From positions 1 through 57,561 of the IMG/VR virus record IMGVR_UViG_3300005095_000010: DNA of 57,561 bases; one strand, written 5' to 3'. Made by a program: the position numbers and the translations under genes. Positions 56,187 to 57,561 of this stretch are shown here, in pieces; the stretch's first letter is position 1; each line of letters opens with the position of its first letter. The notes beneath the pieces are model-generated. The model was not told where the DNA came from, made no database searches, and saw only the letters and a program-made list of their open reading frames with translations. Source of the stretch: a virus (Duplodnaviria; Caudoviricetes).

Positions 56187-56283
56187 TTTATGCAATTACA
56201 TACTTCCATTCTATTATTAAGGTTCGTTTAAGTTTTCCTAAGTATAATTATAAAAATTAAATATACTTATACAAGGAAAGTTT

Positions 56284-56523
56284 ATGCGAAAATTAACACA
56301 CGATGATATTTACAGGGTCTTAGCAGGCTCTTTGATGGTACCTCTCACAGATTTTAATCCAAATGATGATTTAATTGTTCAGTACAATTTTGACTCCTTA
56401 GCAGTTTATGAGTTAGGCTTTCTTATAGAGGAGGAGTACGGTGTTTATATTGATATCCCAAGAACCTTAATGTCAAAAATCACTACCGCTAAAGATTTAG
56501 CAGATTTTATAGTTGAGGGGTAG
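56284..56523 (+). CDS. acyl carrier protein-like
   Basis: 79 aa, acidic; DSL at Ser38, then E...IEEEYGVYI and ITTAKDLADFI. Confidence 0.8.
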   Translation: MRKLTHDDIYRVLAGSLMVPLTDFNPNDDLIVQYNFDSLAVYELGFLIEEEYGVYIDIPRTLMSKITTAKDLADFIVEG

Positions 56524-56527
56524 GGCA

Positions 56528-57520
56528 ATGAAAAGTAAAATTATTAGTGTTTGTGGAGATATACATCTAAATTTGAGAACTGCTTCCGATTATGATTGGG
56601 AAGTAGCTAGATATCTTAGTTTGATGGAAGTTTTGGCTAATGATGATTCCGGTGTGGTAGTTCTTAGTGGGGATATTTTTGATAAAGCTCATGCCACTTT
56701 GCAAGAGATTGCAGTATTTTACGAGGGTTTATCATTACTTGTGGATGCCAATAAGGAAGTTATTATTATTGATGGTAATCACGAGGAGTTGGACTCTGAA
56801 ACAACTACATTTGATTTATTGCCTAGAAAGGGCTTCACAAGGATTAAGGTGTCATATCTGACATTCGCAGGTGTGGAGGTGTGGTTTGTTGGGCACCCAC
56901 ATATTTCTAGCATAACATCTGATGTTATTATGCCATCTACTGATAAGAAGTCAATTTTGATAAGTCACTATAGGAGTGATATAGGTGTTGCAGCCGAGGA
57001 GGTTGATAATTATTTAGTATCATTGAAGTTTGATGATACAATCTTGTCGGATATTCATTACAGGCTAACCCCTGCTGATAATATCAGATATACATCATCT
57101 CCTTACGGGATACACTACACTCCTGAAAAGGATTATGGTTATTGCCAAATCATAATCAATGATGGTGATTATGAGATTGTTGACGTAAATTTGAAATTAC
57201 CTTCAAAGGTGAAGATTCAATGTACAGAGCAAGAGCTACCGACTGTGTTAGACTCTTTGGATGCCCAGAATAAGTATAAATTAGCCATTACTGGGGAGAA
57301 TACCACAGAGTCTTTGCAGTTACTTAAAGAGCATGGAGAAGTTACTAAATTCTCTTTTGAGGGAGGTGTAGATTCCTCACAAGTAGATGATATTGCCGAT
57401 GAGTTACTTATTACTATGCAAAATTCAGTAAGTGATGTAATTGTAGTGGCTTTAGCAGATTTAGAGTTAACTGAAGAGGAATTGGATAGGGCTAAAAAAA
57501 TTCTGCAAGAGGAGTTGTAA
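56528..57520 (+). CDS. SbcD/Mre11-like metallophosphoesterase nuclease (T5 D12-like)
   Basis: GDIH, SGDIFD, GNHE, SH and DIH motifs. Confidence 0.88.
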   Translation: MKSKIISVCGDIHLNLRTASDYDWEVARYLSLMEVLANDDSGVVVLSGDIFDKAHATLQEIAVFYEGLSLLVDANKEVIIIDGNHEELDSETTTFDLLPRKGFTRIKVSYLTFAGVEVWFVGHPHISSITSDVIMPSTDKKSILISHYRSDIGVAAEEVDNYLVSLKFDDTILSDIHYRLTPADNIRYTSSPYGIHYTPEKDYGYCQIIINDGDYEIVDVNLKLPSKVKIQCTEQELPTVLDSLDAQNKYKLAITGENTTESLQLLKEHGEVTKFSFEGGVDSSQVDDIADELLITMQNSVSDVIVVALADLELTEEELDRAKKILQEEL

Positions 57521-57561
57521 TGAGTGTTAAATTTAAAAAGGTATCGGTAGATAACTTTATA
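57520..57561 (+). CDS. probable SbcC/Rad50-like ATPase, 5' fragment only
   Basis: TAATG overlap; MSVKFKKVSVDNFI resembles an SMC-family N-terminus. Confidence 0.5.
   Translation, partial: MSVKFKKVSVDNFI

Noticed and set aside
56005-56187. 60-aa minus-strand ORF
   Set aside because: It is the antisense shadow of two tRNA genes.

Overview
This is a fragment of an AT-rich, apparently lytic, long-tailed dsDNA phage with T5-like (Demerecviridae-like) head and replication genes. No integrase was seen. AAGGA ribosome-binding sites and TTAAG-periodic extended -10 promoters suggest a Campylobacterota host (inference). Layout: (1) 1-12.3 kb, leftward early region of small genes with consensus sigma70 promoters and about 15 copies of a 21-bp palindrome AAAGTTAY-N5-RTAACTTT. 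(2) 12.3-12.9 kb, repeat-rich non-coding divergence point, a possible genome end or origin. (3) 12.9-19 kb, mixed accessory genes. (4) 19.1-51.1 kb, rightward terminase, portal, protease, capsid, lysis, neck, lectin, tail, tape-measure and tail-tip genes, with each transcription unit preceded by CGATATA 33-37 nt before the ATG. (5) 51.2-57.6 kb, RuvC-like resolvase, ColE2-type primase-Rep, flap endonuclease, SSB, a structured RNA-like region, 4 tRNAs, an acyl carrier protein and SbcD/SbcC. Strongest candidates for new biology: a plasmid-type Rep paired with four dispersed 77-bp elements, a sigma28-like late promoter, the early-region operator array, and an ACP coupled to SbcCD. All product calls come from motifs read by eye; no database searches were run.
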